Source: Candidatus Bathyarchaeota archaeon
Lineage (GTDB): Archaea; Thermoproteota; Bathyarchaeia; Bathyarchaeales; Bathycorpusculaceae
Reading direction: 5' to 3'
NCBI GenBank assembly: GCA_963772455.1
Contig: CAVYXJ010000013.1
Location: forward strand, 96,001-160,000
Length of the DNA stretch: 64,000 bases
Position 1 is the first letter of the stretch. Every line of letters begins with the position of its first letter. Below the pieces are notes generated by a model. It searched no databases. It saw nothing but the letters and a program-made list of their open reading frames with translations, and was not told the origin of the DNA. Both the position numbers and the translations under genes were made by a program. Positions 51,378 through 62,662 of the stretch are shown here, one piece after another.

Positions 51378-52175
51378 TTGGCAGCTCATAAATCTAGGTT
51401 TAGCATGTTGCGAAGGAAAGCTCCCCAAATAATTGCTGCAACAATAATTGTCACGTTAGTCGTTTATCTTTTGTTTGAGTTTTTAGAAGATTATTCATTA
51501 AATGCTCCATTAACAAGTGGTCCCTTGATTAGTGCAATAGTCGCTTTAACACATAACGTAAAAGATACAGTATTCGATTGGGGTTACAATTGGGGGTACT
51601 CAGGCATTTTCGGCTTGATGGTTCTTGAATCCAGTTCTCTGCCTATTCCCAGCGAGATTGTCCTTCCGTTTTCTGGTTACCTTGTTTCTATTGATCGCCT
51701 AAACTTTTGGGTAACAGTTTTTGTTGCTACTGTTGCCGCAATAATTGGTTCATTGATTGACTATTACATAGGACTAAAGGGTGTTGAAGCCCTTGCTAAA
51801 CGTCGGATTCTAGGCAGAGTTCTATTTTCCAAGCATCAACTTGTATTAGCATCTAGATGGTTCGATAAGTACGGAGCGATTATAATTTTTCTAGCACGGT
51901 TAATCCCTGGAATTAGAACTTTAATCTCATTTCCTGCAGGAGCAGCAAAGATGCCCTTGGCAAAGTTTTTGGTGTTTACGATGGCAGGGTGCCTTTTGTG
52001 GAACAGTGTTTTGATTTACGTAGGTTATTATTTAGGCTCTAACTGGTCAGAAGTCGCCGGTTTTTCACACTTCATACTAATAGCTGTAATAGCTGCTTTG
52101 ATAGCATTAATTGTTGCTTACTTCGTGATCCGAAGTAAAAGAAGAAAAGCTCGAGCCCAAACGCAAACCAGCTGA
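51378..52175 (+). CDS. DedA family membrane protein
   Basis: LESSSLPIPSE, ARLIPGIRTLISFPAG. Confidence 0.92.
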   Translation: MAAHKSRFSMLRRKAPQIIAATIIVTLVVYLLFEFLEDYSLNAPLTSGPLISAIVALTHNVKDTVFDWGYNWGYSGIFGLMVLESSSLPIPSEIVLPFSGYLVSIDRLNFWVTVFVATVAAIIGSLIDYYIGLKGVEALAKRRILGRVLFSKHQLVLASRWFDKYGAIIIFLARLIPGIRTLISFPAGAAKMPLAKFLVFTMAGCLLWNSVLIYVGYYLGSNWSEVAGFSHFILIAVIAALIALIVAYFVIRSKRRKARAQTQTS

Positions 52176-52182
52176 AAAAAAA

Positions 52183-53208
52183 TTAGCTTATAATATTAAT
52201 TTTAGGTTTAATTTTACCTTTGATGCCCAGACCTTTTGCTTCTTTTATTTGTAGCATACAATCGACATGAGATGCCTCATTTAGCACTTTATAATCGATT
52301 GATCCAAGGAATGCAGCATCAATTGAGACAGGCGAGTCAGATGCGAAGACGCCCACGTTTTTCATGATGATTTCGCCTGGGTTAGGTAAACAATCACAAT
52401 ATTGAGTGATATCTTTTGCAAAACTTACATAGGAAACTTTGCTTGATCTGAATGTTGAGATAACTCCTAAAGCAGCTGAAGCTAACGCCTTGCAGAGGTT
52501 TCCTTTATCGACGAAACTGATAGCTTCCATTGGGCAAGCACCGATGCAAACTGGGCAGCACATACATAATGACGAAGTATTTCTTGCTTTTCCCTCGATG
52601 ATTTCTGGAAGGTTACTGGGGCAAGCTTCTTTGCATTTTCCACATCCGACGCATTTGGCTATATCTATTTCTAGACCAACTGTTCTGTGTTGTCTAAACT
52701 TTCCAAGAATCGCTGTGCATCCCATGCCTAAATTTTTTATGGCGCCGCCGAATCCGCTGAGTTCATGACCTTTACAATGTGAGATCACAATCATGGCGTC
52801 TGCTTGAGCGATAGCGCCTGAAACTTCAATTTCTTTCAAGATGCCTTTAGTTTTTATCGTTTGAAAGTTTTCGCCTTTTAGTCCATCTGCGACAATGAAT
52901 GGTGCCATGTTGAAGCCATTCATTAAAGCTGTATTCATGTGGTCGTAGGCGTTATTTCTTTGAGCGTGGTAGGCTGTGTTGGAGTCTGTGAGAAAGGGTT
53001 TGCCTCCTGCATCTTTAATTCTGCGAATTATTTCATGGACAAAGCATGGCTGTACATAGTAAGGATTACCTAACTCGCCAACATGCAATTTGACCGCTAC
53101 AAGATCATCTTTCTGTATACAATCAAAGGTCCCTGATTCATCATAGAGACGATTTGTTTCTTCTAACAAGTTACGGCTTGTATCCCATGGAACTAGATTA
53201 ACAATCAC
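52183..53208 (-). CDS. DUF362 domain Fe-S protein
   Basis: AVKLHVGE, PFLTDSNT, SHCKGH, GGAIKNLGMG, two ferredoxin motifs, CDC. Confidence 0.85.
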   Translation of the reverse strand: MIVNLVPWDTSRNLLEETNRLYDESGTFDCIQKDDLVAVKLHVGELGNPYYVQPCFVHEIIRRIKDAGGKPFLTDSNTAYHAQRNNAYDHMNTALMNGFNMAPFIVADGLKGENFQTIKTKGILKEIEVSGAIAQADAMIVISHCKGHELSGFGGAIKNLGMGCTAILGKFRQHRTVGLEIDIAKCVGCGKCKEACPSNLPEIIEGKARNTSSLCMCCPVCIGACPMEAISFVDKGNLCKALASAALGVISTFRSSKVSYVSFAKDITQYCDCLPNPGEIIMKNVGVFASDSPVSIDAAFLGSIDYKVLNEASHVDCMLQIKEAKGLGIKGKIKPKINIIS

Positions 53209-53227
53209 GACTATTTCCCCCGATTGG

Positions 53228-53479
53228 CTAATATTTTTTTCCTGAACTAAGCTTTTTTTGAATTTCTTGAACATCTTTTTCCTTATCGGATAAAATGTTT
53301 ATCCACAGTTCAAACTCAGCTTTAGAAATTTCTTTTTGGATTACTCCTTGTTGGTCTCCTGAAAAAAACTTTGATATTCCTGAGGAAAACAATTTCACAT
53401 AGAAAATCCTATCAGCAATAATTATTTTGGAAGAACAACAAACTAGTTCACCCTCATCATAATCGATTTCATAGACCAT
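53228..53479 (-). CDS. Hypothetical protein
   Basis: 83-aa ORF directly upstream of the DUF362 gene on the same strand. Confidence 0.55.
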   Translation of the reverse strand: MVYEIDYDEGELVCCSSKIIIADRIFYVKLFSSGISKFFSGDQQGVIQKEISKAEFELWINILSDKEKDVQEIQKKLSSGKKY

Positions 53480-53600
53480 TAATCAAGACCCTCTCTGAAA
53501 GCGTGGGTTAATGTTTACTTAAAATTTTCCCAAAAAAAAGACAAAATACCTTTTATAATTGATAAAGGTAAGACGAATTATTAATCTTCCATATTTTGTT

Positions 53601-55193
53601 TTACTTTCCATTATCTTTGGAACTTTCCGAATTTTTGTGTTTGTATAACAAGTAACCCGAAGCTACAACGATAATTATAATGGCGACTACGGCTACAATT
53701 GCAATAATTGGGAAAGGTGAAACGTTAAAAAAAACTGTTTTTTCAGCTAAATTGCCTAAATCATCCGCGGCATAGAGAGTCAAACTGTGGGCTCCATTAG
53801 ATAAAGCTGGCAGTGTGACATTACCGACAATATCTTTCTTACTTTGTCCATCCAAACTATAAGATAAATTAGAAAAAGCTTCATTTAGCGTAAACGTTAA
53901 CTGAATGTCGGTTACGCTGTAAGTTTGGTTTTGAGGAACTAATATCTGAAGAATTGGAGGAAGCATATCAATTGAGAAGAAAACAGTGTTCGAAAAACCC
54001 ATGTTTCCTAAGCTATCGTTCGCATAAATTGTAACGTTATGGGCTCCTTCAGAGAGACCTAGAAGATTTGTTTCTGTTTTTAAGGTGACATTTGGATGGT
54101 TGTCAATGCTATAACCCATCCATTGTGTCCCCCTGTTAATTTTATACGATAAAGTAACATTTGAGTAAGTTTTGTTCTCAGGGGAAGTAATCTGAACGAT
54201 GGGAGGAATCTTTCCATACCCTATGGGCTTATACTGTTCGTTCACATTTAGCCAGTTTGTTCCATCAAAACCACCTATAGCATAAAGAACATCATTTACT
54301 ACCGCTACTCCCAAATATGCTCTTGAAGTAGGCATAGATTCAGCAATGCTCCACGAATTGTTCTCATAATTGTATGCTTGAGATTGCCCTGTAAATTTTC
54401 CCGTAGAATGTCCGCCAACATAGTATATTCTTTGTAGAGCCATATACCCTTCAGTGGTTCCGGCTGCCCCGTAACTAACAGCATGAGGCAAATTTGCAGC
54501 TAAACTCCAAGTGTCATTTTGAGGATGAAAAACTTGGTTGGCATCTGTTGTTAGAGTATTCTCTAATGATAAAGATTTTAGTGATCCGCCCATAATGTAG
54601 ATATTGCCATTGAAAACGGCTGAGGCATAACCCTGAACGGCAGTGGGAATTGACATTTTTGTACTCCAAGAATCGTTAGCTGGGTAATAGACTTCATTTA
54701 TGTTAGTTTCATTGAAGAAGGGGGTTGTACTGGAGTATTTTTTGCCACCAATAAGGTAAATTTTATCATCAACTAAATTTGCACACAAGTCTGCTCTAGG
54801 TGTTGGCATCGATGTTTTTGTTTCCCAAGTGTTGGTTAAAGGATCATAGACCTCGTTGTTACCGACATATCCATAACCAACAGATCCGCCTATAACGTAA
54901 ATTTTATTCTGGTAAACCGTGATTGCGAACCCGCTTCTGGGTGTAGGCATCGGCGTCTTGCTTATCCATTCATTAGTTTGAGGATTGTACTCTTCTGTTA
55001 CGCTGACTGGAAGATCACTTCCCGTTAAACCGCCAATTGCATAAATTTTTCCCTCAACAACAGCTACTCCGAACCCTCCGCGAGCGGTAAGCATAGGATT
55101 CATAGTGGTCCAAGAAGATTCTATGTCAGCTCCTTCTGTCGGGGGCAGATTGATTGCTGGTAGAAGGGTTAATGCGATAAGCATGATGATCAC
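53601..55193 (-). CDS. Surface-anchored Kelch-repeat protein with Ig-like domains
   Basis: Signal peptide; six IYxxGG...Y..W Kelch repeats; two YS(I/L)D...GAH..T.YA repeats; C-terminal TM. Confidence 0.88.
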   Translation of the reverse strand: MIIMLIALTLLPAINLPPTEGADIESSWTTMNPMLTARGGFGVAVVEGKIYAIGGLTGSDLPVSVTEEYNPQTNEWISKTPMPTPRSGFAITVYQNKIYVIGGSVGYGYVGNNEVYDPLTNTWETKTSMPTPRADLCANLVDDKIYLIGGKKYSSTTPFFNETNINEVYYPANDSWSTKMSIPTAVQGYASAVFNGNIYIMGGSLKSLSLENTLTTDANQVFHPQNDTWSLAANLPHAVSYGAAGTTEGYMALQRIYYVGGHSTGKFTGQSQAYNYENNSWSIAESMPTSRAYLGVAVVNDVLYAIGGFDGTNWLNVNEQYKPIGYGKIPPIVQITSPENKTYSNVTLSYKINRGTQWMGYSIDNHPNVTLKTETNLLGLSEGAHNVTIYANDSLGNMGFSNTVFFSIDMLPPILQILVPQNQTYSVTDIQLTFTLNEAFSNLSYSLDGQSKKDIVGNVTLPALSNGAHSLTLYAADDLGNLAEKTVFFNVSPFPIIAIVAVVAIIIIVVASGYLLYKHKNSESSKDNGK

Positions 55194-55384
55194 AATTTGA
55201 ATATGCTTATTTATCGAAGTACCCCCAACAATTTTACTTTAGTATAAAATAGCACATTATCCTTATAATGCTAAGGGTAAAATGTCTTTGCATTGTTCCA
55301 GAAAAAATAACAGTTTCTAGTGGGCTTTGAAATTAGGAAAAGTTTAATGGCTCTAAGAAACATATTTTTCTTGGGTTTAATCTA

Positions 55385-55834
55385 TTGATTCGTAATGTTT
55401 TGGTTGCTATTGATGGATCAGAAAATTCTGATAGAGCGCTGGATTTTAGTCTTGATCTAGCAGAAAAATATGGTGCAGCTGTCAGAGTTTTAAATGTTAG
55501 TGAATCTCCCGCGATGGGGGCTGTTCCAATAGAACCAACGACTGTTTCTGGAGAGAGTATGGTTGTGTTTGCAAAGGACCTTCAGAGATTTCATGAAGAA
55601 ATTCTAAATAAAGCAGTTGTTCATGCGAAAGAGCTTAAGCCTAACATAGTTGTATCATCAAAGTTGCGTGAGGGCGATCCTGCTTTGGAGATTGTTGATG
55701 AGTCGAAGGATGAAGGATTCGATATTATTGTGGTTGGTCATCATGGTTTAGGTAGAGTTAGGGAACTTTTTTTGGGAAATATTAGCGAGAAAGTCGCTCA
55801 CTTGGCGCCTTGCCCTGTCGTAATTGTGAAATAA
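55385..55834 (+). CDS. Universal stress protein
   Basis: VLVAIDGSENS, IVVGHHG, LGNISEKV, PCPVVIVK. Confidence 0.92.
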   Translation: MIRNVLVAIDGSENSDRALDFSLDLAEKYGAAVRVLNVSESPAMGAVPIEPTTVSGESMVVFAKDLQRFHEEILNKAVVHAKELKPNIVVSSKLREGDPALEIVDESKDEGFDIIVVGHHGLGRVRELFLGNISEKVAHLAPCPVVIVK

Positions 55835-56001
55835 ATTGTAGAAATTGTGGACAATCTAATATTAAACAGAAAAATTGCTAACCAAAAAAGGACTTAGATT
55901 ATTTTCAATATTAGTTATCCATTTTTATTATTACCCAGTCTCTGAAAAAAGCGCTTTAGTTATATTTACCTTCTAAATCATATTTTACTTGGTTTTTTCA
56001 C

Positions 56002-56913
56002 TTGATAACTGTAATTGGGGCTGGCAAAGTAGGAAGCGCAGCAGCTTTCGATATTCTACGTTATAAAATAAGTGACGTTGTGTTAATTGATACAAACGAA
56101 AAACAGGCAAAAGGTGAAGCCCTTGACATGATGCAGGCTGCGCCGGCAATCGAATTTGATGGTGTAATCCGTGGAACCAGTGACTATAAGGAGATGGCGG
56201 GTTCGGAACTTGTGATTGTAACCGCTGGACTTGGTCGAAGACCTGATATGACACGATTTGACCTCATGAATACCAATGCACAAATCATAAGATCAATCGT
56301 TAAAGAAGTTGTAAAGTATGCACCTAACTGTAAACTCATGATGGTGTCCAACCCAGTTGACATTATGACATATATTGCATTTAACGAAACTGGTTTTCCT
56401 CGCAGCCGTCTGTTTGGCATGGGCAACATCTTGGACTCCATGCGTTTTAGGACCTACATTGCCAATGAACTGAATGTTTCACGTGAAGACACAAGAGCTT
56501 TAGTAATTGGTGAACACGGCGACTCAATGGTGCCGCTGGTTGAATACGCCTCAGTTTCAGGCATACCTATATTGAGCCTACTGACAAGCGAGCAAATCGA
56601 CGGAATAGTACATCGAACGATAACTTCAGGGGCAGATGTAATCCAATTAAAAGGCAGCACGGTATATGCGCCAGGCACAGTTATTGCGATAATGGCAGAT
56701 GCAATTTTGACTGGAAGAAACCGCGTAATGAGCGTCTCAACATGTTTATGCGGTGAATATGGTGCTTCGGGAGTGTCAATTGGGGTACCTGTGATTCTTG
56801 GAAAAGAAGGGGTTGAAAAAATAATTGAACTTGAACTATCCAAGAAAACTAAGGAACTTTTTACAAAATCAATTACCGTGGTTAAAGATGCAATTGCTGC
56901 ATTGAAGAGTTAA
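56002..56913 (+). CDS. mdh: Malate dehydrogenase (LDH-like)
   Basis: GAGKVG, RRPDMTR, SNPVD, LDSMRF, GEHGD. Confidence 0.9.
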   Translation: MITVIGAGKVGSAAAFDILRYKISDVVLIDTNEKQAKGEALDMMQAAPAIEFDGVIRGTSDYKEMAGSELVIVTAGLGRRPDMTRFDLMNTNAQIIRSIVKEVVKYAPNCKLMMVSNPVDIMTYIAFNETGFPRSRLFGMGNILDSMRFRTYIANELNVSREDTRALVIGEHGDSMVPLVEYASVSGIPILSLLTSEQIDGIVHRTITSGADVIQLKGSTVYAPGTVIAIMADAILTGRNRVMSVSTCLCGEYGASGVSIGVPVILGKEGVEKIIELELSKKTKELFTKSITVVKDAIAALKS

Positions 56914-56938
56914 ATTATCTATAAATTCAAAATAGATT

Positions 56939-56978
56939 GGGTAGTTTTGAAATTACCCTATTTTTTTATATTTTTTTG
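56939..56978 (+). terminator. Hairpin plus T-run after mdh
   Basis: GGGTAGTTT-TG-AAATTACCC followed by T7 runs. Confidence 0.55.
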
Positions 56979-57036
56979 GGAGCTCTAATAAAAAAAGCTC
57001 ATGTTATCTTATGTACGTATTAAAAGAAGAAGAATT

Positions 57037-57231
57037 TTATATTACAGCCTTAATTTTAGCGCAGTAAAAATTACCATTTTGACGCACAAATGCCGGGCAT
57101 TTTCCATTATAGCAATTCTCAAGCCATTGACATGGAGCTCGAATTTCATGTATTCGAGGCATGTATCCGCGTGAATTAACCATTTCTTGGTGAGTTTCTC
57201 GTTTAGAAATTTGTTTTAAAATTGTTTCCAT
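57037..57231 (-). CDS. Small Cys-rich hypothetical protein
   Basis: 64 aa; GAAGGTG SD; four Cys in the C-terminal half. Confidence 0.5.
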   Translation of the reverse strand: METILKQISKRETHQEMVNSRGYMPRIHEIRAPCQWLENCYNGKCPAFVRQNGNFYCAKIKAVI

Positions 57232-57424
57232 TTCAAAAACACCTTCAAGTTTTGCTAACCTGCTTGAGAAATACTATTGCTAAGTTCCTGTTATTAAAAA
57301 TGTGTTGCAGTAGTTGTACAACAACATAAGCATATAAGCACTAACAAGTTCAAAGAAAAAAACTCTGACTTGGGTATACAAAGTGTTATTTAGCAGTTGG
57401 CGGCTTTCTTTGTTTTGGTGCTGA

Positions 57425-58348
<924 letters not shown>

Positions 58349-60565
58349 TTAAGTCGATGTGAATCGATCGAAAGTTGTAAGGGTGCTCATGGAGCCGCAA
58401 GAGGGGCATTTATGCAGGGTGCCGAACCAGTTTTTCTTGCAGTTATCGCAGAAGCTAACTAGGCGGTTGTAGGTGAAGAATTCTATTGATTGATTCTCCA
58501 TTAGGCGTTGCGTTAAATTCATCAATGCTTCAGGCGTATATTGGGCATCTTCAAGTTCGATGATGCTGAGGTTTCCGCCAGCATTCAACCCTTTCCATCT
58601 CTGTGCTGTCTCAAGCATCTCAGTTTTTATGCTAAGAAGATCAGCAGCTTTCACTTGGAAACGTTTAGCAGTTGAATAATAGGGTTTTTCCCTTGTTCCT
58701 GAAAACTTCACTTTGGCAACGCCGTACCGTTCAATGTCCAATTGTGCCAGTCGCTCAGATGCTTCTGAGCTGCCAAGTATGACTGGGTAGAGACGTTTGC
58801 CATATTTTCTACCGATTTTCTGTTTGAAAGCTAAAAGATTCTGGATTGTCTCTTCTGCAAATTTGCGGCTTTCTTCTGAGTTGACGTTTTTTTCGGTGAA
58901 GGCTTCCGTGGCTTCTTGGAGCCCAGCTAAATTAATTATTCGTGAGCAATTTTCAAGTCGGAAATAGGTGTCGCCGCCTGCTTTTTGCAGAAGAAAAGGC
59001 AATGAAGTTTTGCCGAATTGTTTGAGCGCATTATTCTTTATGCTCAACGCACGGGCGGCAAGCTCAAAACGTTCCCGCATCAACTCATAGAACTTGTTTT
59101 TGTCCTTCTCACATTCAAGAGCAATTCTGGGTAAATTAATAGTTACAAATCCCAAACAACCAGTCCGCAATGTGTCCGTTTCCCAGTCACCTGTCAAATC
59201 AGCTGCGAATTTTATGCCTGAAGAGGAAAAAGCCACGTTTTCGCTCTCCTTCTTAGTCATGTTAGCAAAATAGGGAATCCCACTTTTCGCCGCTAACTGA
59301 TGTGCTTTAAGCAAAACCGATTTAGCGTTTTCGTCACCCAAAGCGGCTTCATTGATTTTTATAACCAGCCTTGGACTAAGCAAAGGTTTACTGATGCTTT
59401 CTTCAGCAAAAACATCGATGACAAGCGATGCCACAAGTTGGCTTTCTTTTGTGAAGTCGCCATATTTACCGTTTGATTTGCCCTGTGGACCGATGGCTTC
59501 TTTTTCAGCAGTAAATTTAGGAATCGAAAGCTCAAGACCCAAAGTAGCCTCAGCATGTTGATTGAGGTTTTGAATAAACAAGCGCAAGTTTTCTTTGATC
59601 TTTTCAACTTCGTATCCCCTAACAAATGGGGCGAGAAAAACATTGAAGTAATTGAAGGTTTGAGTGTGATTTGTTTCTTTGCTAGCGTGCAAAATAACGT
59701 TAAATGCAATTGATAATGCAGATTTTAGGTCGTTAGGAGTTTCCATGGCGACTTGAAGGGGATTGTCGAGTTTGATACCATGTTGAAAGAAATAGCGTAG
59801 ATCATGGATGACTTCGTTGGGTTTCAGTATCCATGTGCCTAAGCCTTCGATGTGGAGGGCTCCTGATAGATGCGCATCGGCAATGTCTCTTGGAAAAACA
59901 TTTAGCAATGTATATTCACCAAGGACGGTTTGGCCTGCTTTGTTAATTGTTGCTTCTGAGTCTTGGGGGTGGTCTTTTGATTCGATTAACGCGGTTACTT
60001 CATGAATTGGCATGCCGACTCTTGTGAGTTTATTGCGGTAATCTTCAAAGCCTTTTTCAACTAAAATGCCGTTCACAACTTCCCTGATTAGCGAGGCTGT
60101 TAGATACTTTGTTTTTGATTTGACGAGGCGTTTTTCAGTTTCTTTAGCGGCTTTCTGAGCCAGTTCCGCTGGAACTTTCGCTTCTTTAATGAGGGAATTA
60201 GCTATTTTGTTAACGTCAAATTCTTCAAGAGTTAAATGCGATGTGCGAACAACCATACCTCGTGGTTTGACTGCTTTCTTTTCTACGCGGTCAGCAACAT
60301 CAAGCACCATTTTGCCAAGGTCAGTTAAGAAATACTTTTTTGCTTCAACATCTGCCTCAACTAAATCAGCTTTTAACAAGAATTTTAGGTGATAAGCGAA
60401 CCTGCCAGCGTCTCTGCTGGGATTCATTTTAAGGTGGTTCATAAGTTCAGTGTAAGATAGGGCGCTTTTGTCGAAGAGTAGGTTTAGGATTTGCAGCCTA
60501 AGCGGTGATGAGACTGCTTTAAGCACTTTGACGCCGCGTGTACGAATCGGAGGCTGATTTACCAT
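58349..60565 (-). CDS. ArsR-like wHTH + ATP-cone + degenerate class III ribonucleotide reductase (NrdD-like) fusion
   Basis: SSPLRLQILNLL...YHLKFL HTH; VRTS..EEFD..KIANSL..SLIRE ATP-cone; DAHLSGALHI, TINLPRIA, CxxC-CxxC; C-terminus RFTST in place of RxxGY. Confidence 0.85.
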   Translation of the reverse strand: MVNQPPIRTRGVKVLKAVSSPLRLQILNLLFDKSALSYTELMNHLKMNPSRDAGRFAYHLKFLLKADLVEADVEAKKYFLTDLGKMVLDVADRVEKKAVKPRGMVVRTSHLTLEEFDVNKIANSLIKEAKVPAELAQKAAKETEKRLVKSKTKYLTASLIREVVNGILVEKGFEDYRNKLTRVGMPIHEVTALIESKDHPQDSEATINKAGQTVLGEYTLLNVFPRDIADAHLSGALHIEGLGTWILKPNEVIHDLRYFFQHGIKLDNPLQVAMETPNDLKSALSIAFNVILHASKETNHTQTFNYFNVFLAPFVRGYEVEKIKENLRLFIQNLNQHAEATLGLELSIPKFTAEKEAIGPQGKSNGKYGDFTKESQLVASLVIDVFAEESISKPLLSPRLVIKINEAALGDENAKSVLLKAHQLAAKSGIPYFANMTKKESENVAFSSSGIKFAADLTGDWETDTLRTGCLGFVTINLPRIALECEKDKNKFYELMRERFELAARALSIKNNALKQFGKTSLPFLLQKAGGDTYFRLENCSRIINLAGLQEATEAFTEKNVNSEESRKFAEETIQNLLAFKQKIGRKYGKRLYPVILGSSEASERLAQLDIERYGVAKVKFSGTREKPYYSTAKRFQVKAADLLSIKTEMLETAQRWKGLNAGGNLSIIELEDAQYTPEALMNLTQRLMENQSIEFFTYNRLVSFCDNCKKNWFGTLHKCPSCGSMSTLTTFDRFTST

Positions 60566-60669
60566 GCCTTATTCACTCCAGAACTCCTCAAACTATGGGG
60601 TTTACCTATTATGAAGGTGCAGATTTTAAACTTAACTAAGAAGCGACATTTGCCAATCATGTTTAACGC

Positions 60670-61719
60670 TTAGACACGGCAGGGCTGTTGTTGACTGATG
60701 CAGTGGATGGTGCCAAACCCGTAAACCAAGTCAACACATCTTATACCAATGACTTTGTGGGTTGGGAACAAGTCCTGGAGAATAGATAGGGCTTTGCTGT
60801 CGTTTTCATGGTCGAAGACTGGAACGAGCACCTTTTGGTTGCCGATGTAGAAGTTTGTGTAGCTTGCAGGTAGCCGTTCATCTTCGTCGCTGATAACTTT
60901 GGGCATGGGCAACTTAACAATCTTGAATTTTCTGCCATCTTGGTCAAGGGATTGGCAGAGAATGTTATAGTTTTCTTTTAGGGTATCGTAGTCTACGTCG
61001 TTTTGATCATCTTGATAAGCGCAAACGATGGTAGATGGGTTAATGAATCGGGCTAAGTCGTCGATGTGGCCGTCAGTATCGTCGCCCAAGATGCCGTTTT
61101 TGAGCCAGATGAAATTGGTTGCCCCCAAGTATTCGGACAAGAATTTTTCAATATCTTTTTTGCATAGATGGGGGTTTCGGTTTCTATTGAGTAGGCATTG
61201 CTCGGTGGTCAGCAAGGTTCCTTTGCCGTTGACATCTATGGAGCCTCCTTCTAAAACAATGCCGGGTTTGAAGCATCGCAGGTTCATTTTTTGGTTGATA
61301 ACATCTGGGATTTGCTTGTCTTTCAGGAGCGTTTCATATTTTTCTCCCCATGAATTAAAGTCCCAATGAATCATGGCCAACTCATGGTTTTGGTTTTTGA
61401 CAAATATAGGTCCATAATCCCTAAACCAAACGTCGGCGTAATCGGAAACGTGGATATGGATTTTATTTAGGTCTATTCTTGTCTCTTTGAACATCTTTTT
61501 AACTTTCTTTTCGGTGACTTCGTCAATCACAAAGAGGTTAACGTGTTCGCCTTCATGAATTTCTTTAATAATTTGAACATAAACAGCTTCTACCCGCTCT
61601 ACCCTATCTGGGAAAGTTGTCGGGTCATAAGGCCAAGCAAGCCAGATTGCGTCGTGTTTTTCCCATTCTGCCGGCATACAAAATCCTTGTTCTCGGCAGC
61701 TCCGATCAGAACTACTCAT
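60670..61719 (-). CDS. aguA: Agmatine deiminase
   Basis: MPAEWEKH, WFRDYGP, LEGGSI, DTDGHID, ASYTNF, GTIHCISQQQP. Confidence 0.93.
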   Translation of the reverse strand: MSSSDRSCREQGFCMPAEWEKHDAIWLAWPYDPTTFPDRVERVEAVYVQIIKEIHEGEHVNLFVIDEVTEKKVKKMFKETRIDLNKIHIHVSDYADVWFRDYGPIFVKNQNHELAMIHWDFNSWGEKYETLLKDKQIPDVINQKMNLRCFKPGIVLEGGSIDVNGKGTLLTTEQCLLNRNRNPHLCKKDIEKFLSEYLGATNFIWLKNGILGDDTDGHIDDLARFINPSTIVCAYQDDQNDVDYDTLKENYNILCQSLDQDGRKFKIVKLPMPKVISDEDERLPASYTNFYIGNQKVLVPVFDHENDSKALSILQDLFPTHKVIGIRCVDLVYGFGTIHCISQQQPCRV

Positions 61720-62662
61720 TTTCTACATCCTTCATATCGTCTTTTAAGAGCTGTTTGTATGTGCTGGGACGGCGGTTACGTAGAAAACCCCAACCTTCCT
61801 GAATTCGTTTATTCTTGCTAAGATCAACTTTGACAATCAAAACCTCTTCTTTGGTTGTGGATGCCTGGTTGAGGATTTTCCCAAATGAATCGCACACAAA
61901 TGAACCTCCCCAAAACTGCAGTTCTCCCTCTTCCCCTACTCGATTAACGGCAGCAACATGAACTCCATTACTTATGGCATGGGCGCGTTGAACAGTTTTC
62001 CAAGCGTCATGCCAGTCACCATCTTCAGAAGTGTAACCCTTAACGTAGCCAATTGCGGTTGGGTAAAAAATAATTTCCGCCCCCTTTAACGAGCATATTC
62101 TTGCGGGTTCAGGGAACCACTGATCATAACAGATAAGCGCACTAATTCGGGCAAAGGGGGTTTCAAAAACCTTGTATTCTGAGTCACCCTCTTCAAAATA
62201 ATCTTTTTCGTAGAAGTACGGGTCATGTGGGATGTGTGCTTTACGGTAGGTACCCAGCAACTCGCCGTTTACGTTGATTACTACAGCTGAATTAAAAAAT
62301 TTACCCCTTTTTGCTTTTTCAAAGAGCGGCGCAATGATGACTAACTTATGCTTTTTAGCCAAATCAGAAAACATTTTTGTGGATTCCCCAGGAATAGCTT
62401 CAGCTAAACCAATGACATCCTGTTTTTCGTGCTGTGGAAAATACTTTGTCCGATAAAGCTCCTGTAAGCAAACAATTTTGGCACCTTTATTTGCGGCTTG
62501 CTCGATTTTTTCCGATGTTTCCTTCATATTTTGGGCTATATTTTCAGAAACAGACGTTTGGATAAGCCCAATGGATACTATTTTATCTATTTTTTTCTTT
62601 AACGCAAATGTGGTTGATTTTTCTTTTTGGACGGCTATTTGATTTTCCTTCCTTGTTTTCAA
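61712..62662 (-). CDS. aguB: N-carbamoylputrescine amidase (carbon-nitrogen hydrolase)
   Basis: LQEL, YRKAHIP, YEKDYF, ICYDQWFPE, YPTAIG; adjacent to aguA. Confidence 0.88.
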   Translation of the reverse strand: MKTRKENQIAVQKEKSTTFALKKKIDKIVSIGLIQTSVSENIAQNMKETSEKIEQAANKGAKIVCLQELYRTKYFPQHEKQDVIGLAEAIPGESTKMFSDLAKKHKLVIIAPLFEKAKRGKFFNSAVVINVNGELLGTYRKAHIPHDPYFYEKDYFEEGDSEYKVFETPFARISALICYDQWFPEPARICSLKGAEIIFYPTAIGYVKGYTSEDGDWHDAWKTVQRAHAISNGVHVAAVNRVGEEGELQFWGGSFVCDSFGKILNQASTTKEEVLIVKVDLSKNKRIQEGWGFLRNRRPSTYKQLLKDDMKDVENE

